From the NCBI GenBank assembly GCA_943704425.1, contig CALSCP010000121.1:1-56949 (forward strand): a stretch of DNA of 56,949 nt, read 5' to 3'. The stretch's first letter is position 1; every line of letters starts with the position of its first letter. The DNA comes from Ministeria vibrans ATCC 50519. Taxonomy: Eukaryota > Protista > Filasterea. Below, piece after piece: positions 22,129 to 33,381 of this stretch. Both the position numbers and the translations under genes were made by a program. The notes under the pieces were generated by a model, which saw only the letters and a program-made list of their open reading frames with translations, had not been told where the DNA came from and searched no databases.

Positions 22129-24348
22129 CGTCGTCAGCTCAACAAGGACTCCTCTCCATCGCCATCCTACACCGAGAACAACATGCTGTCCACGGTAGCA
22201 TCCCCTCCTCCCACAACTCCCGTCCTCCCCGAGTCTAATAGCGCGACCACACTGTCTATTGCGTCGCCCACACCCTCCCAGCGTGTTTTTGTTGCCCCCA
22301 CCGCCCATATCCTGCTTGTTGAAGACAATGTAGTCAACATCAAGATTGCCGAGCGTCACCTCAAGCGCGGCGGCTACATGGTTTCGGTGGCGACGGACGG
22401 ACAGCAGTGCGTCGAGTCCATTGAGCGCGGTGACGCCGTCAATCTGGTTCTGCTTGACTGTCAAATGCCCGTCATGGACGGCTTTACAGCAGCCCGTCGC
22501 ATCCGCCAGATGGAGAAGGGCACCGACGACCACGTTCCCATTGTCGCCATGACCGCCAACGCTATGAGCGGTGACCGCGAGAAGTGCTTGGCCGCCGGCA
22601 TGGATGACTACATCTCCAAGCCCTTCTCCAAGGAACAGCTCCTTGCCATCGTCTCCCGTGCCCTTGAGATGTTTACCAGTGGCGCCGCAACCACCTCTAA
22701 CACACATTTCAACAATGCAAACAATATCAACAACGCGACGACGATGACGACGACGACAACTACAACGACGACCACAAACACCAGCGGCAACACAACGACG
22801 ACGGTCACTCCGGGTGTCTCATCCAATGCGTCGCAGTCTCTCATGTCCCCATCGCCCTCCCACTGTGCCATCGCACTTGCTCAGTCGCCCCTCTCCACTT
22901 CCGCGTCGTACACAAATGTTTCTCTAGAGACCTTCCGCACAAGCCCTGGTCAAGTGGTACGCAACAGAATTATGGTCAATTTTTACATTTTGAATTTTAT
23001 ATTATTATGATCGTGTGTTTTGTAGTCTTCTCTGACTGTGGGTCATCGACCGGCCGTGAACCTATCGCGGCAGTCGACGACAGGTGCAGCAGTGGCAGCG
23101 GCAGTGGCGCGCAAGGGTGGTTCGTCTGAAATGGACATGCGACTGGTGTCGCGATCCACATCGCAGCCCGTGAGTGCGACGCCCAAGGACAGCACGGCAA
23201 AGGAACGCACCACACGTCGCCCGTACATGTCCATTGGCGCCGACGGTGCCACGCAGCTGGGCGCCACGCGCACGCCCAAGAAGATGGAGCGCTCGTCGCC
23301 ACTTGTGCGGTCGCCACTGTCACTTTCTACCTTTCCAACGGTGGTGGTGGACCATTTTGATGAGCTCAACGCTGATGCTGCTGCTGCTGCTGCTGCTGGT
23401 GGGATGGGCGATGATGACGGTAGAGTGTTTGATGATGAGAACGACGACGAAAGTGACGACAACGACGACGACGATGATGATGATGATGATGATGATGAGG
23501 AAGAGGAGAGCGATGATTACGATGAGGGAGAGGGAGAGGGTGAACGGCGTGTGGAGGATGACGGAGCGGGTGTGGATAGGCATACGACGACTCTGTCGCC
23601 TGATGATATGCGGCGCGCTCGCAATGGCTATGCCGCCCAGGAGGCGCGCATTAACATGGACAACATGGGGACAAGCAGTGGCAAATCCCATCACCACCAC
23701 GCACGACCCCGGCATCTTGTTGGCACACGTGGTGTTGTCTCACTACCAACCACACCCACACACACGTCTACTACTGCTACGACAAGTGCACCCACCAAAG
23801 AGCCCTGGTCCGGCGCTACCATCCGCCCTCCGCCATCGGCGCGGCGTGTCTCAGCTGGCACCTACGCGGTGCCTTATCTTCCCAGTGCCAACAGCCACAC
23901 CTCAGGGTTCTTGTCTCGTCTCAAGTTGCTTCGCCGCAACGCATCCATGCCCGCACCCCGCTCGCGTCCACCCGTCCTCAACATGGAGGTCATCTCACCG
24001 CGTCTTCACACACTTACAAATCCCCCAGCCACTATGACCACCACCACCGCCACCACCACGACGACGGCTACTAGTAGCAACACACTCACAAACAACGCCG
24101 CTCTCCCTCGCTCCTCCTCTATTCTCTCTTTGGAGGGCCTTCCAGCAAGTGCCGAGATTGTAAGCGAAGACCTTGGTATCTGGCTTGACCCGGGGATTAA
24201 ACCAGCCGCTGTGGTACCATCGGCAGCAGCAGCAACAACAACAACAACAACAGCAGCAGCAGCAGCAATACAGTTGCCTGATATCATTGATGAACTTGAC
24301 GACGACTTGGACGATTACCACATGCCCTGGCATGAGTCTGTACTTTAG
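19705..24348 (+). CDS. Membrane-anchored hybrid histidine kinase (TM-HisKA-HATPase-pseudoREC-REC plus low-complexity tail); exons 19705-22956, 23026-24348
   Basis: FLANVSHEIRTPL (H box), LKQVITNLLANAAKFT (N), DSGIG (G1), FQRFSQ (F), GGTGLGLAIS (G2), LLVEDN...LLDCQMPVMDG...AMTANA...DDYISKP (receiver). A phase-0 intron joins the two ORFs. Confidence 0.92.
22018..22128 (+). repeat. (CAA/CAG)n polyglutamine tract in the histidine kinase
   Basis: About 30 consecutive Gln codons, mostly CAA. Confidence 0.95.
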
Positions 24349-24552
24349 TAAAAATTCTGTTCAGTAATCACAACCCCATATCATATAAATTATTATTAAA
24401 GTTTCAGTTTACGGTTCCCCCTAAAAAATTCTTCGAAACGCTCCTTGCGGTGGGCGAGAACCCGTCCGTAATAAAGAGAGAGAATAACAGGTGCGTATAT
24501 GGGTGTTGAATACTGTGTGGCGTTGCATTCTGAATGGAAATCGAATATTTCA

Positions 24553-26102
24553 CTACTCAAGCACCGTCAGCGTTCCAGTGTCACCATTGAGCTCAACCAT
24601 GACACCCGACTGAATGCGTCGCGTCGCATCGCCCAGGCGCACTACACACGGAATGCCATACTCCCGTGCCACTACTGCCCCGTGTGACAGCAGTCCCCCA
24701 AGGTCTGTTGCAATCCCAGCAATGACTGCGAACAGTGGAGTCCATCCTATGTCCGTGTACTCGCAAATCTATAATAAAAAATTTTCGTCACACACCACCC
24801 AATCTCTCTCTCTCTCTCGCTCTCTCTCTTTTTGAACGTACCATAATGTCTCCAGGTAAAATCGCGCCGGTATCCTCCAGTCGACAGACAACGCGACAGG
24901 GACCGCGTACAATGCCACGGCTGACAGGAAAGCCAGAGAGCACGAGACGGTCCGAGGAATCGTTCTTGCTGGTATCACTCGCTGCTCCTCCTTCCTTGTT
25001 GTTGCGGTCGTCGTAGGGAATGGGCACACCGGCAGAGACGGCAGGAAAGCGCAAGGTGGCCTGCACCGCAAGAATACGTCGACGATGCACTGCTTGAGCG
25101 AGAAGACTGGCGCGCAACGCGTGTCCACGCGCATGGACAAGCTGGCCGACTTCACGATGCGTCAGAAAGAAGATGGCATCGGCATCGGGCAAAAGCTGCT
25201 GCTTGACCAGACACGCTGCAAGCTGCCGGTAGGCAATACGAAAGCGTGAGACGGACCAGCACGCAAGCGACTTGCCCAACTCACGTTGGGCAACGGCAGC
25301 GCGAGCCCACGGCACAATGCGACGCAGCACTGCCTTGCCGACGGTCGTCATGGGCGACATGAGCTTGTCCAGGACCTCGTCAATCGAGGGCGCACTCGTA
25401 CTGCCAGACCCACCATCATTGCTGCGACGGGTGCGCACAATGCTCTGCAATGACGGTACAAGCTTCTCGGGTGCTGCAGCCCAGGGTGCCTCGCGCAGTT
25501 CACTCTCACGAATGCATCGGTGGCCATAATTGACAAGGAACTGTTCAAAGGCGGCGCGGATGGGCTCGGGTGCGCGCGTGCGCAGCCACTCAAGGGCACC
25601 ATCCACATCAGGATCGTCTTCAAAGAGCACATGGCCCGCCCGAGGTTGGCTACGGGTTAGCTCAATAATGAGATCGGCAAGGCGATCCATTGCAGTGGGC
25701 ACTCCCGCACTAATGACATTGCCACAGTCAGCCAGGAGTGCAGCCATATCAGCATAATGCGTGCTGGTCCATGCCTTGCCCTGCGACAACACCTGCAACA
25801 ACACTGTGGGCCACACTGCCGACTTGGCCGACACCATTGTATGCACTGTCCACGCTTCAACTTGCTCCGGCAAGTGCTTGTCAATTGCATCAAATTGTCG
25901 CCGAGCCACGGCCACTTCGTCTCCATCGTCCACCTCGTCTTCTTCAAAATGAATGGGGTCTCCTTCACGACGGTACTTCTCTTGAAGCGCAATGGTCGCA
26001 TCGCGACGTTGGTTCACGTCCCACGCAAGTAGTCGAAGGAAGCGCATTGAGCAAGCGAGACGCTATCAGAATTATTAATATTAATAATTATTATTATTCT
26101 TA

Positions 26103-26147
<45 letters not shown>

Positions 26148-26174
26148 TTATTATTCTTATTCTGTTTCTTATTC

Positions 26175-26207
<33 letters not shown>

Positions 26208-29113
26208 TTATTATTCTTATTCTGTTTCTTATTCTTATTCTTATTCTTATTCTTATTATAATTCTTATTATATTATTATTATTATTATTATTCTTATTCT
26301 GTTTCTTATTATATTATTATTATTATTCTTATTCTTATTATTATTCTTATAATATTACTTTCGGAAGGGATTTTCGACCAAGATACTCAATGACAGACTC
26401 GACAGAGAGCTCCTCTGGCATGACACGACCGCAAATGCTCAAGGCAGACACATCAATGCGCTGCTTGAGTTCAGTCGTGGTGGTGGCGACAGCAGCTGAG
26501 ATGAGATTGACGGCGTGCAGGCAGATGAAGCCTTGGTTGTAGTGGAACTGTCAAGTGATACAAAGTGGTTAATAGAAACAATAAAATCATTAAAATTATT
26601 ATTGTCTTTATAACGTATACCTGGAGGGACTTTGGCGCGGCGGGAACGTAGTCAATGGCACCGCAATGATGGCTGAGATGCGTGATGGCAAGGTCGACGG
26701 AGCGGAAAACGGTGGACATACTGAGGGGCGAAATGGCACCGGGAAGCATCTCACCAATGTTGCAGGTGGTGTTGTACTCGCGCGGCCACGAGCCGGGCGT
26801 GTCAAATTCGTGCATAACACGCTCGTCGGCCTCGAGAGACGTGATGGGCCGTGCCTGGAGCACATAAAGGACGCTATCGAGCAACGCAAACTCAATGTCG
26901 CGTGGCGACCCGAAAATGTGCTCAATGTGAACCGCGGCGCGAGCGAGACGCAACACTTCCTTGTCGGTGAGACAGAACTTGCGTGCATCGTCGGCACTTA
27001 CGCGGTGGCGCGACGTCCAGGCTGTAACGTCGACGAGTGGCGCTGGTGCGGCCGACTCACCCTGCTGCAGACGTGTCGAGCGTCGACGTGTCGTGTCGGA
27101 AGAAGTGGAATCCGTCGCGGTGGGCGTGTGCTTGATGGCATCAACACGCATCTGTTTGGTGCCCAAAGAACGCTGCACAATATCAAAGGTAGCGTCGTCG
27201 CGTGCAACCACAAAGGTGTCAGGATCAACGGAACCGTCGACGACAGACTCGCCCAGACCATAGTTGGCGGTGAGCACAATACGCGAGCGATCGTTACGCA
27301 GAGGGTCGGCGGTGAAAAGCACACCTGCAACGCGCGACGACACAAGCAACTGTACAGCAACACCAATGCGTGGTGTCTCAACTGCGCCGCTGGTTGCATC
27401 CTCTGTTGCTGCTGCGTCAAGACCCCTCTGAGCACGGTAGTTGGTGGCACGCACACTGAAGACGGACGCCCAGCAGCGCATCACGGCACGCGTCACTTCT
27501 TCGACACCGCACACGCCCAAAAAGGTCTCGTTCTGACCGGCCGACGAGGAGTCTTGCGTGTCCTCCGACGCGGCCGACGAGCGCACAGCAACCATAGGAC
27601 TGGTTGAAGCGGCGCCTGAGCGCTTGGCCAGTGCAACATAGGCATCACGAATGGCCTGCGCCACTGGTACGTGCATTGCTGCGCTCTCGTAGACGTGAGC
27701 GAGTTCGGCGGCCGTGTCTTCGCGCACCGCACCCGAGATGGGGTCATGAAGATGAAGCAGCAGCTTAAGAATACGTTGGCCAGCCTCGCTCTCGCTCAGA
27801 TGCAGCTCGTGCGCAGCAAAGGTAATGCAAAAGCCATCAGGAATGGAAAAAGAGGCGTCGTCGTCGTCGGTGGATTTTTGCTTTGTGTTGCGTGTGCGAG
27901 TACGCAGATGGGCGGTCAGCAAGGAGAGCTGCTGGCATTTTGAGCCGACCTGAGAAAGATCAGAGGCATCATTGTCGCCAAAGGGTGCCACAAGACACGG
28001 CGAGGACAAAGAGGAAGCGACAGGGCGAGTGGAGGAGGAGACCGAAGAAGGGTGTTTGAGGAGAACCCCGGCGCCGCCAAGTGACGGACCTTGACCGCGG
28101 TGTACGAGAACGGAGACTGCGGTGAAGGGCGACTGGTTGGTGTTGCCAGTGAGGGTTGCCGAGACGAGCAGATCACCGTCGATGCAGACGCCCAGGTCGG
28201 CGCGACTGGCGTAGTCGGAGACACTCGCAAGGTGAGGTAGGCCGCTGGGACGCCAGACAAACGCGGTGCGGTCCGCTGCTGTAGGACGCAGCCAGGAGGG
28301 CATGGAGCCCGAGGAGGGTTGTGAGAGGAGCGCAACGCCCAAGTGGTTATCGAGATAAAGTCCGAGAGTTGTCAGAAGCGAATGGGCGTCCACTGTGGGA
28401 CGGCGGAGTCGTTGGCGCAGTGAACGTGCCTTTACTGTGTAGACGAATCCATTGACGGTGACCGTGCCAAGCAGGTGGCCCCACTGCAGCACTTGCTCGG
28501 TCTGTGCGACGTCCATGCGCAGACGATGTTGTCGCGATGCATCACGCTCGACAATGACGGCATCACCATAGGCAACCCATCGCAGACGCGCCGACACGCG
28601 CGCCTGCTGAGACTCCTTGAGCAGACAGGCACGCTCCTCGCAGCTGGGCGGTGTCGACGAGGGCGCCACGACGGTCGCAAGCGAGTCATCAACGGCGACC
28701 TGCCAGCGCGTCATGGGCTCGAGACAAGTCGCCGAGAAAGACGACGCACGCAGCACGGACGCGACAGTGTCGTCCTCGCGGTGTTCGCCGTCCCCTTCGC
28801 TGCTGATGATCAAGTCGACAGGCGGATTGGCTGGCACTGTGAATCGAAAGGACGCTGAGCTGCTCCCCTGCGCATTGTCGATTGAGATCGCCAGCCCCTG
28901 CGCCGAAAACGCCACGCTGTCGCATCCAATACGATCCACACGATCCTGGTGGGCCCACAGACGAAACAGATCGTGTGTGCGAAGCTCAGCACGGCCGGGG
29001 CGACGAGAGTAAATAAGCGAATACAAAGCGACCGCAATTGAACGCCACCGGAACAAAAGGGCAAGACTGACAACGCCAATCACTGCCGCCCAAAGCAGTT
29101 CCACTGGATCCAT
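24553..29113 (-). CDS. PEP-utilising enzyme with rifampicin phosphotransferase/PigC architecture (N-terminal TM + unknown domain, ATP-grasp, central domain, phospho-His swivel domain), 3 introns
   Basis: VGSKCQQL, IPDGFCIT, VAVRSSAASED...SAGQNETFLG, AGVLFTADP, ANYGLGESVVDG, DIEFA, LQARPIT, YGHRCIRESEL. Last exon TDIGWTPLF...GGLLSHGAVVAREYGIPCVV ends at TAG 24555-24553. Confidence 0.87.
26071..26356. repeat. Intronic (TAT)n/(TATTCT)n microsatellite
   Basis: AT-rich simple repeat inside a GT-AG intron of the minus-strand PEP-utilising gene. Confidence 0.93.
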
Positions 29114-29206
29114 CTTGGTGACAACGAAGTAAGTCAAAAAAAGTCAATTCGGACTCAAGTAAAATTAATAGTAAATTTCAACATTTTTCAGCTTCTCTCC
29201 CACAAA

Positions 29207-30486
29207 ATGAAGCTTTGCATTGTTCTCGCTCTCTGTGTTGCCGGCGCCTTTGCTGCCCCCAAGTGCGACGTCAAGGACTTCGCCGCCATGGCCTCCAACT
29301 ACTGGTAATGTCTCTTTCTCACCAAAAGTGCCTTTTTCATCGCCGTTCGCTTGCTTTCGCGCCCAATTCCGTCTTTTATGAGCACCCCCTGCTGTGTTGG
29401 AGGTGTTTCCGGTCCATTCGTCCACCGGTGGCTTATTTCTCTTGTTTTTTGTCGTTTTTTTTTTCTTCGTTTTCTTCTTTTCTCCTTTCCATCGCGGTTG
29501 TTTCGTCGATTTGGCCGATGCGCACACTTTGTCGTGGTGTACAATAGATGTTAGGACGCATTGGAAGTGTCGCAGTGACTCGCAGGCGCCTCCTTCATGG
29601 TGAACTTGGTGTGTGTCATCCAAAGTGCATAGCAAAAAAATAAAACAACAACAACAACAACAACTTCCGACTGCTCGCTCCGCTGGGGCTAGCCTAAGGT
29701 GGTGTGTTTTTGCGCATGCGTGCTATTGCTGCCCTCCCTTCATCACATATTGTTGTTTATTTTTCTCACTTAATTTTTATATTAATTATGTTTTCTCCCT
29801 TTCCACTTTCGCTCTTCAGGGTCCGCCAGGTTGGTCCGGTACGCAACGCGAATGCATCATTATGACCCCTCCATCACCTCGTCCTCACCGCCCTGTCTCT
29901 TGTTCTCTCCTTTGGGTTTTCGTCATAGGCTTCCGATCTGACAGCGTTCAACACGGAAGACACATTCACCGGCTCGTTTGGCGCCACCAAGATGGGCATG
30001 CTCACTGGCGATCAGTACATGTCGGGCGGTCTCCAGATGCAGAAGTGTGGTTTTGCCAAGACTTTTGGCGCTGATCTTGAGGGAGCTGTGCAGTACCTCA
30101 ACGAGCTGTCGGGTCAGACTTTCGAGTCGCTTGAGAAGTTTCAGAAGTGCGCTATGGACAAGGACTGCGACGAGGCGATTGCCTCTGACCCTGCTCTTGT
30201 GGGCCACAACGTGACCGTTGTCAACGTGAACCGCATCATCGACGGCCTCAAGACTGTCCGCTGCCACTTCCACGAGACCGGCTCGTGGTGCCACAGCAAG
30301 GTCAAGGAGTTCAACATGGGTACCTTTTACCTGGCCGACGTGACCATTGACGGCGACGAGACCAAGACGCTCCACCAGGGTCTCTTTATGTGCCACGAGT
30401 TCTCCAACGAGCACAAGGAGATGTTCCTCGCGCGTGACACCAAGTGCCACACCATGCCCAAGGGTGTTGCTGTTCTCCTTAAGTAA
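29207..30486 (+). CDS. Secreted ~224-aa BURP-domain-like protein (four Cys-His dyads; putative copper-dependent peptide cyclase); exons 29207-29304, 29820-29838, 29929-30486
   Basis: Signal peptide MKLCIVLALCVAGAFA. C-terminus reads CH-x7-CH-x32-CH-x16-CH, and YLADVTIDGDETKTLHQGLFMCH resembles the plant BURP segment before the third CH. Strong C/G-ending codon bias. The splice phases require the microexon. Confidence 0.7.
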
Positions 30487-30499
30487 ACAAACGTGTTGT

Positions 30500-30696
30500 T
30501 TGTTTCACTTGAAGTACACGTGTGTGGGGTGCGCTGGTGTTTAGTAGGATGCGGTGAGCGAAAGAGCGGTCAGGTACTGCGTGCAGGCGCAAATGTGTTG
30601 TTTCACTTGAAGTACACGTGTGTGGGGTGCGCTGGTGTTTAGTAGGATGCGGTGAGACGGGCATCGGAAGAGCGGTCGGGCACTGCAGCAGGCGCA
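30500..30696. repeat. 98-bp-period tandem duplication covering the stop codon and 3' flank of the DUF218 gene
   Basis: ttgtttcacttgaagtacacgtgtgtggggtgcgctggtgtttagtaggatgcggtgag is identical at 30500-30558 and 30598-30656; the following ~35 bp are similar but diverged. Confidence 0.92.
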
Positions 30697-31500
30697 TAGG
30701 CCCCGTGACGCATAAAAACGTACTCGGCGAGGTCGCGCACGGTGAGCAGTTGTCGCATGTGCTCCCTCACAGTCTCCATGCTCTTGTGTTCGCGCTCGAG
30801 ACGCACCTGACGCTGTTCTGCCGTCAGACTCGTCGATGTGTCGAGTGCTTCCACTTGTAAATTGAGAATGCGATAGGTACTCTGAGGACTCGGCAACGAC
30901 AGGATCCATTGAAACAGAGTGCGAGTGCGCTCAACGTGCACATCGCTTGAGATGAGAAGCACTCGCCTAAGATCCAGAGGCTCCGCAAGAAACTGCCGAA
31001 AGGCAAACGCATTGCCGAGCGTGTCCAGAGACCAAGATTCACAGAGGATTTGCTGTTGCGTGACGCCAAGTCCAATGAGAAACTTTGCAGCGGCAGCCGA
31101 CTCATCAATGGGGTAGCCAGCGCTGTCGCGAGGCGGCGGGCGGTGCACAGTGGCACGTGACAAGACGATGATGAAGCGTGCCTGGTCTGTGCGCTTTGCA
31201 GCGTAGCGCAATCGCTCTACGGATTAGGGAAAGGGTTAAGGGTCTGAGGGAGACGCAAATGGTTTGAAATTCTCGACCTTTGATCCACTCACGGGGGGTC
31301 CCATCTGGCTCAAGACCACCGCCAGGTATTACAATGGCATCCCACTCGTAGTCACTGTAAGGAGCCGGCGAACGGAAGCTGTATAAGCTGGCGAAAAGAA
31401 GAAGAAGAAGGAGCAGCGTGCAAAGGACGGCTTGAGCAACGCGATTCGCTTTCACGCACACTTTTGGCGGTGGGCGAGGCTCGCGTGACAAGGATGACAT
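30639..31500 (-). CDS. DUF218/YdcF (ElyC/SanA-like) protein with N-terminal membrane anchor, one intron
   Basis: DAIVIPGGGL, ESAAAAKFL, ILCESWSLDTLGNA, LLISSDVHVERT. Confidence 0.82.
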
Positions 31501-31683
31501 GATACATAAAGAGCTTAAAAGGGAAAGGAAGAGGTCTGATCACTCTGACAGCTGACTCGGTGACTTTATCGAGGCTGATCACCGTCGCGATCGATTACTC
31601 ATGATTATTGAAAAGTCAAAAGTAATTTTTATTATTTCTACGCTACCTAGCCCCCTCTTGCTGACTTCTCACTTATCTCCACT

Positions 31684-31943
31684 ATGAGTGCACCGGCGGA
31701 TGATCGTATCTTGTCGAAAAACCTGCTGAAAATGAAGGTTTCCGACTCTCAATTTAGCGAATGCTGTTCTGATAGCTTTCCTTGCTCTCCTCCTTCTCTA
31801 TCCTCGCCAGTTTATGGCCAGAAAGCAAGAAGAAGAGCTGCGTCGAAGGCTTGAGGCCGAAGAGGAAAAGAAAATCGACGAGAGTCATTGGCACATTGTG
31901 GAGACGGAAACGGACGCAACGAACGCAACTGCAGTGTACAAAC

Positions 31944-31975
<32 letters not shown>

Positions 31976-32679
31976 AGGATACACATTGCTCAACACACCA
32001 CGAAGACACCACTCACGCACATCACCCAACACACATTGCTCAACACGTCACAACGACACCACTCACACACACCACGAAGACACAACTCACACACATCACT
32101 CTCACACACCACAAAGACACCACTCTCACACGTCACTCACACACACCACGACGAAGACACAACTCACACACGTCACTCACACACATCACAAAGACACCAC
32201 TCTCACACGCCACTCTCACACCACTCTCACACGTCACTCTCACACACACCACTCACATACACCGACATGCAAAAGCTGACTATCTCGTTATTTTGCCGTA
32301 GTGCCCACTTGGTTGAGGTTGAAGACAGTCTGTTGCGATGCGAGGAAGGCGATGTCACTGGTCGGCGAAGCTACCGTCACTTCAACGACGAAGTAGAGGT
32401 AACAACACCCTTTCATGCAAGTTCGTCTTTCTTAATTGATTTGTCGTTTTTTAGAAAATGTACGCTGAACAGAACCAAAGTGAGGCGGTGGCGGGTGCGG
32501 ATGCCTACGACAAACACACGGGGGTGTCAGAGGCGGAAATGACGGCGCGATACACAACCTACGTGGGAATGCGCGGACCAAAAAGTAAAGGCGGAGGCGC
32601 TGGAGGAGGAAAGCGCAAGGGAGGCAATGCGAGCGAGGCAGGCGCCAGCGAACGTCCCAAGAAGAAGCAAAGAAGGTGA
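31684..32679 (+). CDS. MPHOSPH6: M-phase phosphoprotein 6 (nuclear exosome cofactor MPP6), 4 exons
   Basis: LSKNLLKMK|FMARK, ESHW, GRRSYRHFNDEVE|KM, VSEAEMTARY, and a basic C-terminus. Confidence 0.8.
31945..32262. repeat. Degenerate CA-rich intronic minisatellite (cacacaccacRaagacacMactc-like units)
   Basis: Imperfect units recur within MPP6 intron 2. Confidence 0.8.
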
Positions 32680-32789
32680 TGATGGAACAATGTGTTCGTG
32701 TAATACGTTATGTAGAAAAAATAATCGTTTTGTTCTTGTACACGATCGGAAAAAAAAAGAGGGGGGGGGGACAACAAAATGGAACGCGA

Positions 32790-33210
32790 CTAGTCAGAGA
32801 AGTCATCGGAATCGTCGTCTTCGTCGTCAGTTTCGGCGCGAGTAGGGACTTTAGGAAGGATCATGCCAGACTTGCTGACGGTGGAGGAAGCGACGGGAGC
32901 AGGGGCAGCGAACACGGGAGAGGCGTCGTCGTCAGAGGACGAGTCAGAGTCAGAGTCCGAGTCGCTAGTGTCATCTTTCTTGGTGGTGGTGGTGATGGTA
33001 GCGGGTTTGGCAGCGGGGGTGTCGTCACTGTCATCGCTGTCGTCACTGTCATCATCATCATCACCGCCGCCAAAGAGCGCAGAGGGTTTGCTTGCAGTCG
33101 GCATCCCATCGCCATCATCACTGTCGTCACTGTCGTCACTATCGTCACTCCCGCCCTTGGCAGGTGCTGCACCCATCCCAGGCAGTCTCACCGGCGCGGC
33201 CTTGGGCCCG

Positions 33211-33246
<36 letters not shown>

Positions 33247-33342
33247 CTGTCATCCTCCTCTGCACTTTCTTCCTCCACTGGAACGGCACGCGCACTCGAT
33301 GATGGCGCTGGCACATCATCATCATCATCGTCGTCGTCGTCG

Positions 33343-33381
<39 letters not shown>

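Noticed and set aside
25738-26352. Tyr-rich ORF as a possible precursor peptide for the BURP-like enzyme
   Set aside because: The poly-Tyr comes from a (TAT)n microsatellite in an intron of the opposite-strand gene, and there is no signal peptide.
29305-29819. Unusually long intron as a possible snoRNA/ncRNA host
   Set aside because: I could not identify convincing C/D or H/ACA boxes or a stable stem by eye; an Infernal/Rfam scan would be needed.
4781-30486. C39-like peptidase and BURP-like protein as one RiPP cluster
   Set aside because: They are 23 kb apart and separated by housekeeping genes; nothing in the sequence links them.
31782-32542. His/Thr-rich ORFs
   Set aside because: Translations of a CA-rich intronic minisatellite in MPP6; the same applies to 4885-5331.
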